This document shows, one piece after another, positions 9,283 to 18,624 of a stretch of 64,000 nucleotides of DNA (position 1 is the stretch's first letter; each line of letters opens with the position of its first letter). The stretch is from Patescibacteria group bacterium (GTDB lineage Bacteria > Patescibacteriota > UBA1384 > 2-12-FULL-50-11), in assembly GCA_038058635.1 (NCBI GenBank), contig JBBUAP010000001.1, forward strand, positions 94,157 through 158,156. Direction: 5' to 3'. Both the position numbers and the translations under genes were made by a program. The notes beneath the pieces were generated by a model. That model saw nothing but the letters and a program-made list of their open reading frames with translations. It did not search any database and was not told the DNA's origin.

Positions 9283-10662
9283 TTATTTTATCAGCGTTTT
9301 CAGCCGCTCGGCGGCACTATCTATAGCCGCTTGCAGGGATTGGCCGCTAATTAGCGCTTGATTAAGCATGTCCTGAACAATCTCGTCGCTGGTTTGCCAG
9401 TCCGACTTGTACACGGCTGGGGCAAAACTGGCCTGCTGGGCAAACAGTTCGGTTCCGCCTAAGTCACCTACGCTCAGTCTTATCGTCGCTTCCTGGGCTT
9501 GAACAAATGACGGCCTACCTGTCAGCTGGGCGTATTTTTGCGAGCCAGCAGTGCCGAGGGTTTGCAGATAAGCCCAGGCGGTCGAGGGTTTGTTGGAAAC
9601 CTTAGAAACAACATGGGTCCAGTAGTTAGCCGCGTCAATCCGCTTATTAGTAATCGCTGGGTCGCCCACTTGCGGTAGTGGAACAATCTTAACAGTATCG
9701 AAGTCCTTTTTGGCTTTTTGGATGTCTCTCGAAAGTGTCGAGTAGCCCAGCATCATCGCCAGTTTATTATTGACAAAGGCGCTGACCGGATCACCCATCG
9801 TGGCGTTCCAGGAATAATTCGGGTCCCCGGCCCGGGCAAAAGAGCTAAAAAGCGTCAACGCTTGGAGTCCGGGGGTCTGATCTTTGCCATCAATCACCTT
9901 GACTAGGTGTAGCCCAACACCTTTTTCGTCGTGTGTGAATAAACTACCACCGTTCTGGGCAAGCATTCCCACAAAACTATCGACCGGAGCGTAAGTATTG
10001 CCGGTCGTACCGAGCGAGAAACCAGAAACGCTGATACTGCGGGAATCCTTCTTGGTTAGCAGGCGACTCCAGACAGCTAACTCCTCCCAAGTGGTGGGGG
10101 CGCTGTTGAGTTTTTCCGCCTCGGCCTCGTGACTTTCCGACAAAGCATTGACGGTGTCGTTAACAACTTTGGTGTTGACGTAGAGCGCCAATGAGTCAAC
10201 CGCCAGGGGAAAGCCAAATAATGCTCCGTCGCGGATATTTTGAGCGGCGATGGCGGGACCAAAGAACGTCTCGGCCGCTTCGGCCTCGGTCTGCTTGGTT
10301 TTACTTATATCAATGTATTTGGTCGAGGGAATGAGCTTGCTTTGATGCTTGGCAAGCCAGTCGGTGCGGATCAGCCAGATGTCTGGCCCGCCGCCGCCGG
10401 CGATCGCGTCAACAACTTTTGCCTCGTAATCTTTGGCGTCGGTGGCCGGAATATACTTGAAAGATAATTTGACGGTTGGGTTGTCGGTCAAAAACTCCTC
10501 GCTGATTTGCTTGTATATATCCGCCTCGTCAAAAGGCGACCAAATCGTCAGGGTGTTATCGGTCGTTGTAGTATCTTTATCTCCTGTCAGGGCGGTAATC
10601 AACACGACAGCAACTGCTAACACGATTACCCCGATTAGTGCGAAAAACAGCCCCCTCTTCAT
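9283..10662 (-). CDS. Extracellular solute-binding protein (ABC-type, family 1-like). No permease or ATPase gene adjacent.
   Basis: 459 aa with an N-terminal TM/signal anchor. Size and composition fit a periplasmic-binding-protein fold. Confidence 0.6.
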   Translation of the reverse strand: MKRGLFFALIGVIVLAVAVVLITALTGDKDTTTTDNTLTIWSPFDEADIYKQISEEFLTDNPTVKLSFKYIPATDAKDYEAKVVDAIAGGGGPDIWLIRTDWLAKHQSKLIPSTKYIDISKTKQTEAEAAETFFGPAIAAQNIRDGALFGFPLAVDSLALYVNTKVVNDTVNALSESHEAEAEKLNSAPTTWEELAVWSRLLTKKDSRSISVSGFSLGTTGNTYAPVDSFVGMLAQNGGSLFTHDEKGVGLHLVKVIDGKDQTPGLQALTLFSSFARAGDPNYSWNATMGDPVSAFVNNKLAMMLGYSTLSRDIQKAKKDFDTVKIVPLPQVGDPAITNKRIDAANYWTHVVSKVSNKPSTAWAYLQTLGTAGSQKYAQLTGRPSFVQAQEATIRLSVGDLGGTELFAQQASFAPAVYKSDWQTSDEIVQDMLNQALISGQSLQAAIDSAAERLKTLIK

Positions 10663-10946
10663 TCAGCTAAGCGTCTCGCAAATTCGCTCGAGACGCAAGT
10701 AGAAGACCTCTAGAGGTAAATACCAAACACTTTTAATAACCAAAGAGTTACGAGCCATGGTTCCGCTCCGCCGGCTGGCGGGCACACGAGTCAACCATCT
10801 ACTCTCAATCAATTCTTGAGCGATGAATATTTACCGGCGACCGTGCGAGGCGTAAGTGAGCTGGTCCCCGAAGGGGTCACACGCCGAGCGTCGTTCGTTG
10901 AGAGCGCTGGCTCGAGACGAAGTGTCGCCGGGAAACTATTCGAACG

Positions 10947-11326
10947 TTACTCGACGTTGACTGTCAGCACTCGAGTCTTGGTTTTTTCTTGCTTCGGAAT
11001 CTTGATCGTCAGAATGCCGTTACGCATACTGGCTTCGGCTTTGGCGGCGTCCACCGGAACCGGCAGAATATAGGAGCGCATAAACGAACCCCAGTAACAT
11101 TCTTGGACGAAGTAATTTTCGCGAACTGATTCGGCTTCGTTCTTGCGCTGGCCTTTAACAGTGACGACTTCGTCGGTGATCTGAATCTCTAGATCTTCGG
11201 TTTTAACGCCAGCAATCGGCGCCTTAATAATAACATTGTCGTCGTCTTGGTAGGCGTCGATGGCCAGCTGGCCTTCTTCCTCCTCTTCAAGCCACTCTTC
11301 TGTAACAACTTCTTCTTTTCGTGCCA
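10947..11326 (-). CDS. Hsp20/alpha-crystallin family small heat-shock protein
   Basis: Alpha-crystallin-domain sequence (IKAPIAGVKTEDLEIQITDEVVTVKGQR...NGILTIKIPK). Start taken at the internal ATG (MARKEEVV), since the longer ORF adds an arbitrary leader. Confidence 0.8.
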
Positions 11327-11373
11327 TATTGTCTGTATTGTCTGTCTTATGAATAGACACGTCAAGCCAAGAT

Positions 11374-12099
11374 ATGCCTAAAACCAATTTGGGCAGGAGC
11401 TTGTTGTCGCTAATTATGCCGATCGAGTGTCTCGGCTGTGGGGCGGAATCGGACTGGATCTGCCGTGATTGTCGACGCGATATACGAACACAACGAGAAG
11501 ATCTTTGTTTTTGCGGTAAGGTCGGTGAGGACGGGCTTTGCGCCAAGCACCGAGAAAAGCTAGGCCTAGACGGCTTAACTACGCTGTTTAGCTATGCCGA
11601 GCCCGCCATCCGAGAATTGATTCATCAAGTGAAATATCGCGGCCACACCGATGCCGTCACTTTCTTTGCCTGGCAGTATCAGAAGAAAGTGTTAGCTCGC
11701 TTACCGCGGGGGGGCTCTTCGACAAGCTCAGAGTTCCCCCGACCAGAGTCGTGGGGAGACTGGGTGGTGACGGCCGTGCCGCTTTCCAGGCAACGACAAA
11801 GAGAGCGCGGCTTCAACCAATCGGCGCTGTTCGCTAAAAGACTAGCCGAGCCAGTCTATGATTATGTTGAGTTGCTGATAAAAAAGCGCGAGACTAAGCC
11901 CCAGGTTAAACTTAATAAAACCAGGCGGGAGAAAAATCTTCTTCGAAGCTTTGCGATAAAGCCCGGTGTTGAAATGCCCGAGCAAGTTATTATTGTTGAC
12001 GATGTTATAACTTCAGGCTCAACCCTCAAAGAAGCCGCTAAAGTCCTGCGTAAAGCCGGGGTTCAACAAATTTGGGCCCTAACTATCGCCCACGGTTGA
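11374..12099 (+). CDS. comFC: ComF-family protein (ComFC-like phosphoribosyltransferase with an N-terminal zinc ribbon)
   Basis: N-terminal CLGCG...CRDC zinc ribbon and a C-terminal PRTase motif VIIVDDVITSGSTL. Confidence 0.75.
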   Translation: MPKTNLGRSLLSLIMPIECLGCGAESDWICRDCRRDIRTQREDLCFCGKVGEDGLCAKHREKLGLDGLTTLFSYAEPAIRELIHQVKYRGHTDAVTFFAWQYQKKVLARLPRGGSSTSSEFPRPESWGDWVVTAVPLSRQRQRERGFNQSALFAKRLAEPVYDYVELLIKKRETKPQVKLNKTRREKNLLRSFAIKPGVEMPEQVIIVDDVITSGSTLKEAAKVLRKAGVQQIWALTIAHG

Positions 12100-12114
12100 T
12101 CAGAACTTGTTAAA

Positions 12115-12163
12115 AATCTAACCGGCAAGTAGTCATTCTTAGTCTGGGTGTTGCGGTTAGATT
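12115..12163 (+). terminator. Possible stem-loop terminator after comFC. The stem is 10 bp, the loop is long and the T-tract is weak.
   Basis: aatctaaccg ... cggttagatt followed by ttaaat. Confidence 0.25.
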
Positions 12164-12219
12164 TTAAATAGGCCCTAAGAGTGCTAAGGTTTCAATATCC
12201 TACCGCGTGAGGTGTTGTA

Positions 12220-12426
12220 ATGAGTACCGTCGTCGTTCGGCTACTCGAGCCGGAGATGTGTCTAGATTGTCGCTTTGCGGTGTTTGCCGATGTCGACTAC
12301 GGCGACCGGACTGAGGTCAGAACCGTGTACTGCCGACGAGGCGATTGTGACAACTGGGACCACAACTCCGCCGAGCCAGTCCGGCTTGTTCGGATTGATA
12401 ACGGGGAGAGACCGAACCTAAACTGA
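12220..12426 (+). CDS. Small hypothetical protein (68 aa) with four Cys, possibly a zinc ribbon
   Basis: The four Cys are spaced C-x2-C ... C-x4-C. A 7-bp hairpin (ccgacac caa gtgtcgg) follows the stop. Weak call. Confidence 0.25.
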   Translation: MSTVVVRLLEPEMCLDCRFAVFADVDYGDRTEVRTVYCRRGDCDNWDHNSAEPVRLVRIDNGERPNLN

Positions 12427-12757
12427 TCGCCTCCGACACCAAGTGTCGGGGGCGAATCCACTAGTGTGCGCCTGGCTGGAATGCCTTACGCTTCACTCCG
12501 GTATTCCATCCTCATCGCCAACTGGGCGACTCGGTCGCAATCTAATTAGCGTCCCCGGGAGAGTTCGAGCCTCCGACCTCAATCTCCGCTAAGGTCTTAC
12601 GAAAAACGGGAGTTCAACAGATCTGAGCGCTAACGATTGCCCACGGCTAGCTTTATGCGTGTATAATCACAGCGTATCCCCTGAATCGTCCTCTGCATGC
12701 ATGACGCCAGGGCAAGGAACCTAAGGGGCCGCTCTAGAGCGGCTCCTTCTTCTTTTG

Positions 12758-12830
12758 TGCGCCCGGCTGGATTCGAACCAGCGGCCTCTTGCTCCGCAAG
12801 CAAGCGATCTATCCACTGAGCTACGGGCGC
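12758..12830 (-). tRNA. tRNA-Arg (anticodon GCG as read; one D-stem mismatch)
   Basis: Reverse complement is GCGCCCGTAGCTCAGTGGATAGATCGCTTGCTTGCGGAGCAAGAGGCCGCTGGTTCGAATCCAGCCGGGCGC. The anticodon stem CTTGC/GCAAG and loop TTGCGGA fold cleanly. Confidence 0.7.
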
Positions 12831-12880
12831 GAACGAAGTGAGCGATCGTAGCGAAGGGGAGTGAAGGCCGGAGGCCGAAC

Positions 12881-12931
12881 ATCCACTGAGCTACTGGCGC
12901 ATTTTTTAAGGTATCCACTGAGCTACGGGCG
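12881..12931. repeat. Two extra copies of the 5'-terminal ~20 nt of tRNA-Arg between the tRNA-Arg and tRNA-Ser genes
   Basis: atccactgagctactggcgc (12881-12900) and atccactgagctacgggcgc (12912-12931) copy the genuine tRNA 5' end at 12811-12830. Confidence 0.55.
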
Positions 12932-12952
12932 CAAACTAGTATCGGGTATCAG

Positions 12953-13039
12953 CGGAGGCGGTAGGATTCGAACCCACGAGGAGCTTTCACCCCTAATAGT
13001 TTTCAAGACTATCTCCTTCAACCACTCGGACACGCCTCC
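12953..13039 (-). tRNA. tRNA-Ser (anticodon TGA)
   Basis: Reverse complement is GGAGGCGTGTCCGAGTGGTTGAAGGAGATAGTCTTGAAAACTAT...GGGTTCGAATCCTACCGCCTCCG, with a long variable arm. Confidence 0.85.
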
Positions 13040-13056
13040 AATCGATCTTTGGTATT

Positions 13057-13794
13057 CTACTTCTTTCGAACTGTTACCTCAACCCCTTTAGATGGTTTGG
13101 CAACAAATTTTTTGGTTATGTAGGCCTGCTGACCAATCTGGAACAGGGTTGCTGTCGCCCAGTAAAGCGATAGGCCGGCTGGTAGAGTTGAGCCGATAAA
13201 GTACGTCATCGCCGGGAAAAGATACATCATCTGCTTGGTCATCATCGCCGCCGGATCATTTTTAGCCGCCGAGATGGGCGTTAATTTCTGATTGAATCGG
13301 GTTTGGGCAAACTGCAGTAGCGCCGCCAAAACCGGCAGGAAGAAGCGATCTTTGCCGGCAAGATTTATACCTAGGAATTGGGCGTTGACGGCGTCAATAT
13401 GAGGGGTAAAAGAATAAAGCAAGTCTGGCCGGATGTCTTTCAAGCCAGCAATCAACACGAAGTAGAGAATGTAAAGAATTGGTAGTTGGATCAGCATGGG
13501 TAAGCAACCAGCCATTGGGTTGATGCCGTGCTCTTTGTAGTAAGCCATCTGGGCTTTGGCTCTTTCCTGGGGATTGTCGTACTTTTCGTTCAGTTTCTTG
13601 AGTTCGTCCTGGTGACTTCTCATATAGAGCTGGCTCTTGAGCATCTTGCTGTTTGGTACCCAAATAATAGTCCTCACGACAATTGTTAGTAGAATAATCG
13701 CCCAGCCGATACTGTGCCCCGGCACCAACCACGAAAAGAAGACTAGGAGGTTGAAAAGGGGAGTATAGAGAACGGCCTTGAGAAGGGCTTTCAT
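13057..13794 (-). CDS. yidC: Membrane protein insertase YidC (short Oxa1-type)
   Basis: Multi-TM 245-aa protein with YidC-like motifs (GCLPMLIQLPILYILY). Sits in the conserved rpmH-rnpA-yidD-yidC order. Confidence 0.85.
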   Translation of the reverse strand: MKALLKAVLYTPLFNLLVFFSWLVPGHSIGWAIILLTIVVRTIIWVPNSKMLKSQLYMRSHQDELKKLNEKYDNPQERAKAQMAYYKEHGINPMAGCLPMLIQLPILYILYFVLIAGLKDIRPDLLYSFTPHIDAVNAQFLGINLAGKDRFFLPVLAALLQFAQTRFNQKLTPISAAKNDPAAMMTKQMMYLFPAMTYFIGSTLPAGLSLYWATATLFQIGQQAYITKKFVAKPSKGVEVTVRKK

Positions 13795-14057
13795 GAACTG
13801 GGGTTAGCAACTGGCTTTTTGGGGGCTGTCGGTACGGGGTCGTATCCTCCCGCTGTTAAGGGATGGCAGCGAGCGACGCGCTTTGCTCCGAGGGCCAGGC
13901 CTTTTAATACCCCGAAACGCCCAACGGCTTGCTTGGTGTATTCGGAGCAAGTAGGCTGGAAACGACAAACCCCACCCAACACCTTCAGCGGCCCGTGATC
14001 GGGACTTAAGGTTCTCTGGTAAAGGCCGATTAGGCCGACAGCTAGCCGGCGAAACAT
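13791..14057 (-). CDS. yidD: Membrane protein insertion efficiency factor YidD
   Basis: 88 aa with the YidD signature LIGLYQRTLSP...CRFQPTCSEY. Confidence 0.8.
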   Translation of the reverse strand: MFRRLAVGLIGLYQRTLSPDHGPLKVLGGVCRFQPTCSEYTKQAVGRFGVLKGLALGAKRVARCHPLTAGGYDPVPTAPKKPVANPSS

Positions 14058-14392
14058 TTTTCTAAATCTTTCTTAAGTAGTTGCTCGTCGAGGGATTTAC
14101 CCTGAGCGGAGTCGAATGGGATATTCATAACCATCACCACCATATCACTGACCGGTCGATTTTCCCAAACCGCCAGACGGGTCTCTAGGTCGCTGAAAAT
14201 GATGCGGCGAATGCGATTACGCCTGACCGCTCCACCAGCAACCTTACGGCCGATCACGACTGCCGCCCGGCAGTGGATATTAGTGCCGGTCGCCACAAAA
14301 AGAGTTAGAAAATTTCCTCGAACCTTGCGTCCGAGTTTCAAGACCGTCTTGATTTCATCCGAGTTCTTGAGCTTGAACTCGCGCTTTAGCAT
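14042..14392 (-). CDS. rnpA: Ribonuclease P protein component
   Basis: 116-aa basic protein with an RnpA-like RNR motif (RRNRIRR) and conserved position downstream of rpmH. Confidence 0.85.
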   Translation of the reverse strand: MLKREFKLKNSDEIKTVLKLGRKVRGNFLTLFVATGTNIHCRAAVVIGRKVAGGAVRRNRIRRIIFSDLETRLAVWENRPVSDMVVMVMNIPFDSAQGKSLDEQLLKKDLEKCFAG

Positions 14393-14401
14393 TGGAGCTC
14401 G

Positions 14402-14539
14402 CTAGACTGTTAGCTTGGCTCGGCCTTTAGCTCGACGTCTCTTGATGACATTGACGCCGGCAGTAGTACGCATCTTTACCAAAAAACCGTGCGTTTTGGC
14501 CCGGCGACGAGTATTGGGTTGAAAAGTCCTTTTAACCAT
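14402..14539 (-). CDS. rpmH: 50S ribosomal protein L34
   Basis: Reverse-complement translation is [45 protein letters not shown]. Absent from the ORF track because it is under 60 aa. Confidence 0.9.
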   Translation of the reverse strand: MVKRTFQPNTRRRAKTHGFLVKMRTTAGVNVIKRRRAKGRAKLTV

Positions 14540-14724
14540 TCTCTAGATTTTACCTGGTAAAGCCAGAAAAATCTAGAGAGAACCGAGAACTGTGAGTAGC
14601 CGTTCTTAACTTCTAGAAATAAGGGGAAAGGCGAACGCAGCTACTTTACTGATTCCCAATTCTACACAACTAGCGTCGTGCCTGTGGAAAACTTTCGTAA
14701 TTTCTGGTTTGGTAAGTACACATC

Positions 14725-16077
14725 ATGCCCAATCCTGTTTGGACCGACATCTTGAATACTTTAGAGCCGACGATGAGCCGACCGAACTTTGTGACCTGGT
14801 TGGCGTCGACCGATCTAATCGAGGATATCCCCGGCGCTTTAACTATCACCGTTCCCAACCAGTACGCCAAAAGCTGGTTGGAAAATAATCTAATCGGGGA
14901 TATTGAAGCGCTCCTAAAAAAGAGTGTGGAAAACTTTGAGCAAGTCCGGATTGTGGTGGCCAAAAAAAGCTCGGCAACGCTTGACGACCTACCGATACTC
15001 CAGGGTGTCAGCGAAGCTTTGACGGAACCCGAGAGCGACAAGACTCCAAAGACTAACCTCTTCAACCCCAAATACACCTTCGAATCCTTCATCGTCGGCA
15101 ACAACAACCGCTTGGCCTTTGCCGCCGCCCAAGCCGTCGCCGATAAACCTGGCGAGGCCTACAATCCGCTCTTTATTTACGGTGGGGTTGGCCTGGGGAA
15201 AACTCACTTGATGCAGGCGATCGCCAACGCCATCGTCCAGCACAGCCCGAAGAAAAAGATTGCCTATGTCTCTTGCGAAACCTTTGCCAGCGAATTTATT
15301 GAAGCCCTCCAAAACAAGGCCATCAACGAGTTTAAACGTAAGTATCGCTCGGCTGATATCTTTTTGGTTGATGATATTCAGTTCTTAGCCAATAAGGAGG
15401 GGACCCAAGAGGAGTTTTTTCACACTTTTAATACCCTTCACCAGGCTAATCGTCAGATTGTGATGACGGCCGACCGAATGCCAAAAGAAATCGGCGATTT
15501 GGAAGATCGACTAATATCGCGCATCGGTTGGGGAATGGTGGCTGATATCCAGACCCCGAACTTTGAAAACCGAGTGGCGATCCTGCAGGCCAAGGCCGCC
15601 GCGATGAACTTTACTGTTGGGTCGGACATTTTAGAGTATATCGCCAACACTATAACCGCTAATATCCGCGAACTTGAAGGGTCGCTCACTAAACTAGCGA
15701 CGACCGCCACAGTGGAGAAGAAAGCGGTGACGATTGAGCTAACAAAAGCAGTGCTGAAAGACCTGGCTCGCCCTAATAGTCGACGATTCACGACCAAGCA
15801 GGTTATTCGGGCTGTCGCCGATCACTTCGCGATCGAGCCGAGCGACCTAATGGGTCAAAAGAGGGTTCAGGAGATCGTCTACCCCCGTCAGATCGTGATG
15901 TATATTCTTCGGTACTCGTTGGGACATTCCCACCCCCAGATCGGAGACGAACTGGGCGGTAAAGACCACACTACGATTATGCATGGGGTAAAGAAGATTG
16001 AGCGCTTACTAAAATCTGATCGTCAGGTTGAGCGCGATTTGGCTGATGTTAAGCAACTTCTAGAGGGTGGTTCCTAA
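14725..16077 (+). CDS. dnaA: Chromosomal replication initiator DnaA
   Basis: AAA+ Walker A GGVGLGKTHL and a C-terminal DnaA box-binding domain. Divergent from rpmH. Confidence 0.95.
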   Translation: MPNPVWTDILNTLEPTMSRPNFVTWLASTDLIEDIPGALTITVPNQYAKSWLENNLIGDIEALLKKSVENFEQVRIVVAKKSSATLDDLPILQGVSEALTEPESDKTPKTNLFNPKYTFESFIVGNNNRLAFAAAQAVADKPGEAYNPLFIYGGVGLGKTHLMQAIANAIVQHSPKKKIAYVSCETFASEFIEALQNKAINEFKRKYRSADIFLVDDIQFLANKEGTQEEFFHTFNTLHQANRQIVMTADRMPKEIGDLEDRLISRIGWGMVADIQTPNFENRVAILQAKAAAMNFTVGSDILEYIANTITANIRELEGSLTKLATTATVEKKAVTIELTKAVLKDLARPNSRRFTTKQVIRAVADHFAIEPSDLMGQKRVQEIVYPRQIVMYILRYSLGHSHPQIGDELGGKDHTTIMHGVKKIERLLKSDRQVERDLADVKQLLEGGS

Positions 16078-16084
16078 AGTGGAA

Positions 16085-16307
16085 AACATGTGGACAACTC
16101 TAATGGGAGGGGTGGTAGTATTAGGTCGATATTCTTGGTACAACAGGTTAAGCCGTTCATCCACAATCAAAACCCAACTTATCCACAGTTTATCCAAACA
16201 TTTCCACAGCCCTACCCCTAATTACCCACTAATCCACCGCACTTACAACTACTACTAATTATGGAAACTAAAAAATTAATTACTAAAAAACACCCAATAA
16301 AATAAAC
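16085..16307. promoter_or_regulatory. oriC candidate: a DnaA-box cluster plus an AT-rich unwinding element between dnaA and dnaN
   Basis: One perfect TTATCCACA at 16179-16187. Near-consensus boxes are TGTGGACAA (16090), TCATCCACA (16157), TTATCCAAA (16190), ATTTCCACA (about 16199) and TAATCCACC (16230). An AT-rich run follows at 16255-16307. Confidence 0.7.
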
Positions 16308-17396
16308 ATGATATTTAATACTGAAAAAGAAAAACTTCTCAACGCTGTGAGTTTAACTAGTAGTTTAGCCACTACTCGTTCAACCCTACCAATCCTTCAA
16401 AATATCTTTTTAGAAGTTAAAAGTACTCAACTACTAATTAAATCAACCGATCTTGACCAGACGCTAGAAGTGTTGGTGGATGGCATGGTTAGTGACAAAG
16501 GAGCTCTAACTATCCCAGCTCGCCTAATAGTGGAGTACTTAAACAATAATCCTGACGCCAGCATTACCCTAGACTCGAATGATTTAGACTTAACTATCAA
16601 ATCAACCAATCACCAAGCGAAAATAAAGGGGCTAGCGGCCGAGGAGTATCCATCAACACCGGCTATCAAACCACAATCAACTGTGACACTACCGCTCGGA
16701 CAGCTACAGTCCGCAATTACTAAAACTATTTTTGCCAGCGCCACAGATGATAGTCGGCCGATACTCAACGGTCTGTTATGGCGCTTTAACGGGAAGAAAC
16801 TGACGATTGTTGGTACGGACGGCTATCGCCTAGCTTGCCAGTCGTTCGAGGTTCCAAACGAGGCTGAGGGTGACTTTATTATCCCCAAAAGAGCGCTCCA
16901 ACAATTACTAAAATTGCCTGGCGATGGCGAATTGGAAGTGGCCTTTGCCAGTAACCAGGTTCGTTTTTCAATTGGTTTGATTACCTTAACTTCTCGCCTC
17001 CTAGATGGTAATTTCCCGCCGTATGAGGCGATTATTCCTAAAAAGATGTCGACCGAGATCGCTATCAACTCTCACCAACTAGCAAAAAGCTTAAAGTTGG
17101 CTAGCCTATTTTCTCGTGACTCGGCTTATAGCGCCAAGATATTGCTCGAGGGCGACACGATGAAGATTAGCGCCGTTTCGGCGACTATCGGCGAGAATAC
17201 TAACGAATTAAAATTGGCTTCTCCGGTGGTAGTACCGTTGACGATATCCTTAAACGCCCAGTACCTAATTGATGGATTGGGAGCGGTCGAGGGCGATGCC
17301 AAGGTCGGTTTTATCGATGCCAAAAGCCCGATCACAGTGGCGCCAATTAAGGATAGCGAGTACCTTTACCTTCTGATGCCGCTTCGGAGTGAGTAA
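16308..17396 (+). CDS. dnaN: DNA polymerase III beta sliding clamp
   Basis: 362 aa in the standard position after dnaA, with the three-domain beta-clamp size. Confidence 0.88.
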   Translation: MIFNTEKEKLLNAVSLTSSLATTRSTLPILQNIFLEVKSTQLLIKSTDLDQTLEVLVDGMVSDKGALTIPARLIVEYLNNNPDASITLDSNDLDLTIKSTNHQAKIKGLAAEEYPSTPAIKPQSTVTLPLGQLQSAITKTIFASATDDSRPILNGLLWRFNGKKLTIVGTDGYRLACQSFEVPNEAEGDFIIPKRALQQLLKLPGDGELEVAFASNQVRFSIGLITLTSRLLDGNFPPYEAIIPKKMSTEIAINSHQLAKSLKLASLFSRDSAYSAKILLEGDTMKISAVSATIGENTNELKLASPVVVPLTISLNAQYLIDGLGAVEGDAKVGFIDAKSPITVAPIKDSEYLYLLMPLRSE

Positions 17397-17462
17397 GTAC
17401 ATAATTTTGAATTTCGAATTCTAAATTTCGAATCAATTTTCAATGACTAAATTATTAAGTAG

Positions 17463-18488
17463 ATGATTGGGGCGCTAACGCTGGAGAATTTTCGGAACTT
17501 TACAGGTAGGGACCTGTCCTTTACCGAGAAAACTGTTATTACCGGGAATAATGGGGCCGGCAAAAGCACGGTTCTTGAAGCAATCCGGATTCTGTCGGTA
17601 GGTAAAAGTTTTCGCACTAGCCGGACGGAAGAAGTAATTCGGTTTGACAACCAATACTGTCGCCTAATCGCTCAAATTCAAACCAATCAAGAGCTGGAGA
17701 TGTTTTACGGCAGTCAGTTTGAGTCAGACACTCAAAAAGAAAGACGACTAACCTATCAAGGTAGTGTTGTTAGCTGGACGGAGTTTCTGGGAGTTTTCCC
17801 AACAGTGCTGTTTACACCTAACGATTTAGAGGTGGTTTTGGGTGGCCCCGATGTTCGGCGGAAGTATTTAGACTCGGTTTTATGGCAGGTTAGTGCCGAG
17901 TATCGTCGGAGCCAGCTGGAGTTCTGGCAAGTTTTACGGGAGCGCTCGGCCCTACTTTTTATGGTCAAGATCAATCGGGCTAGTCCCGACGAGCTTCAGC
18001 CCTGGAACGAGTTGTTGGTTAAGCTAACTGATTCGATCCGAACAGCAAGAATTGGCTATATCGATTATCTGAACGGATGGCTAGAAGCTAGTAGCCAGTT
18101 GCCAGTAGCTACGCTCCGCGTCAAATACCAAAGCGATAAGAAGTTGTTAGCAGAATTCATGCCGCAGGAAATTAAAACCGCTCAAAATCTATTTGGCGCT
18201 CATCGCGACGAGTTGGTAATTAATTATGACGATTTCTCGGCCCGCCGCTTTGCCTCAAGAGGTCAGTCGCGCTTGACGGTTGCTCATCTCAAAGCCGCTG
18301 AAGCCGATTACTTGCGAGAGAAAACTGGTAACCCCGTAACGGTCTTGCTGGATGACGCCATGAGCGAGCTGGACAGTAAGAATACCCTCCGACTACTCGA
18401 ACTATTTAGTGACGCGCACCAACTTATTCTCACCTCCGCCGAAACACTTGACCTACCGAAGGAGTGGTCGACAATAAAACTTAATTGA
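17463..18488 (+). CDS. recF: DNA replication and repair protein RecF
   Basis: N-terminal Walker A GNNGAGKST, SMC-like ABC ATPase fold, conserved dnaA-dnaN-recF synteny. Confidence 0.88.
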   Translation: MIGALTLENFRNFTGRDLSFTEKTVITGNNGAGKSTVLEAIRILSVGKSFRTSRTEEVIRFDNQYCRLIAQIQTNQELEMFYGSQFESDTQKERRLTYQGSVVSWTEFLGVFPTVLFTPNDLEVVLGGPDVRRKYLDSVLWQVSAEYRRSQLEFWQVLRERSALLFMVKINRASPDELQPWNELLVKLTDSIRTARIGYIDYLNGWLEASSQLPVATLRVKYQSDKKLLAEFMPQEIKTAQNLFGAHRDELVINYDDFSARRFASRGQSRLTVAHLKAAEADYLREKTGNPVTVLLDDAMSELDSKNTLRLLELFSDAHQLILTSAETLDLPKEWSTIKLN

Positions 18489-18624
18489 TAAATCCCAATA
18501 ACCAAAATCCCAAAAGCCAAACAAACTACAATGACCAAAATACAAAACAGTTTCGAAAGTTTGAATATTGTAATTTTTAATTTGTTTGGGATTTGGTCTA
18601 TTGGGATTTGGGTTTTGTCTTAAA

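Noticed and set aside
12540-12600. A tRNA-like T-arm string (gggagagttcgagcctccgacc)
   Set aside because: It cannot be folded into a complete cloverleaf. Treated as tRNA debris and covered by the repeat finding.
17397-17462. An AT-rich dnaN-recF spacer with repeated aatttcgaa motifs as a second origin element
   Set aside because: It is short and lacks DnaA boxes. It is more likely a simple promoter or spacer.
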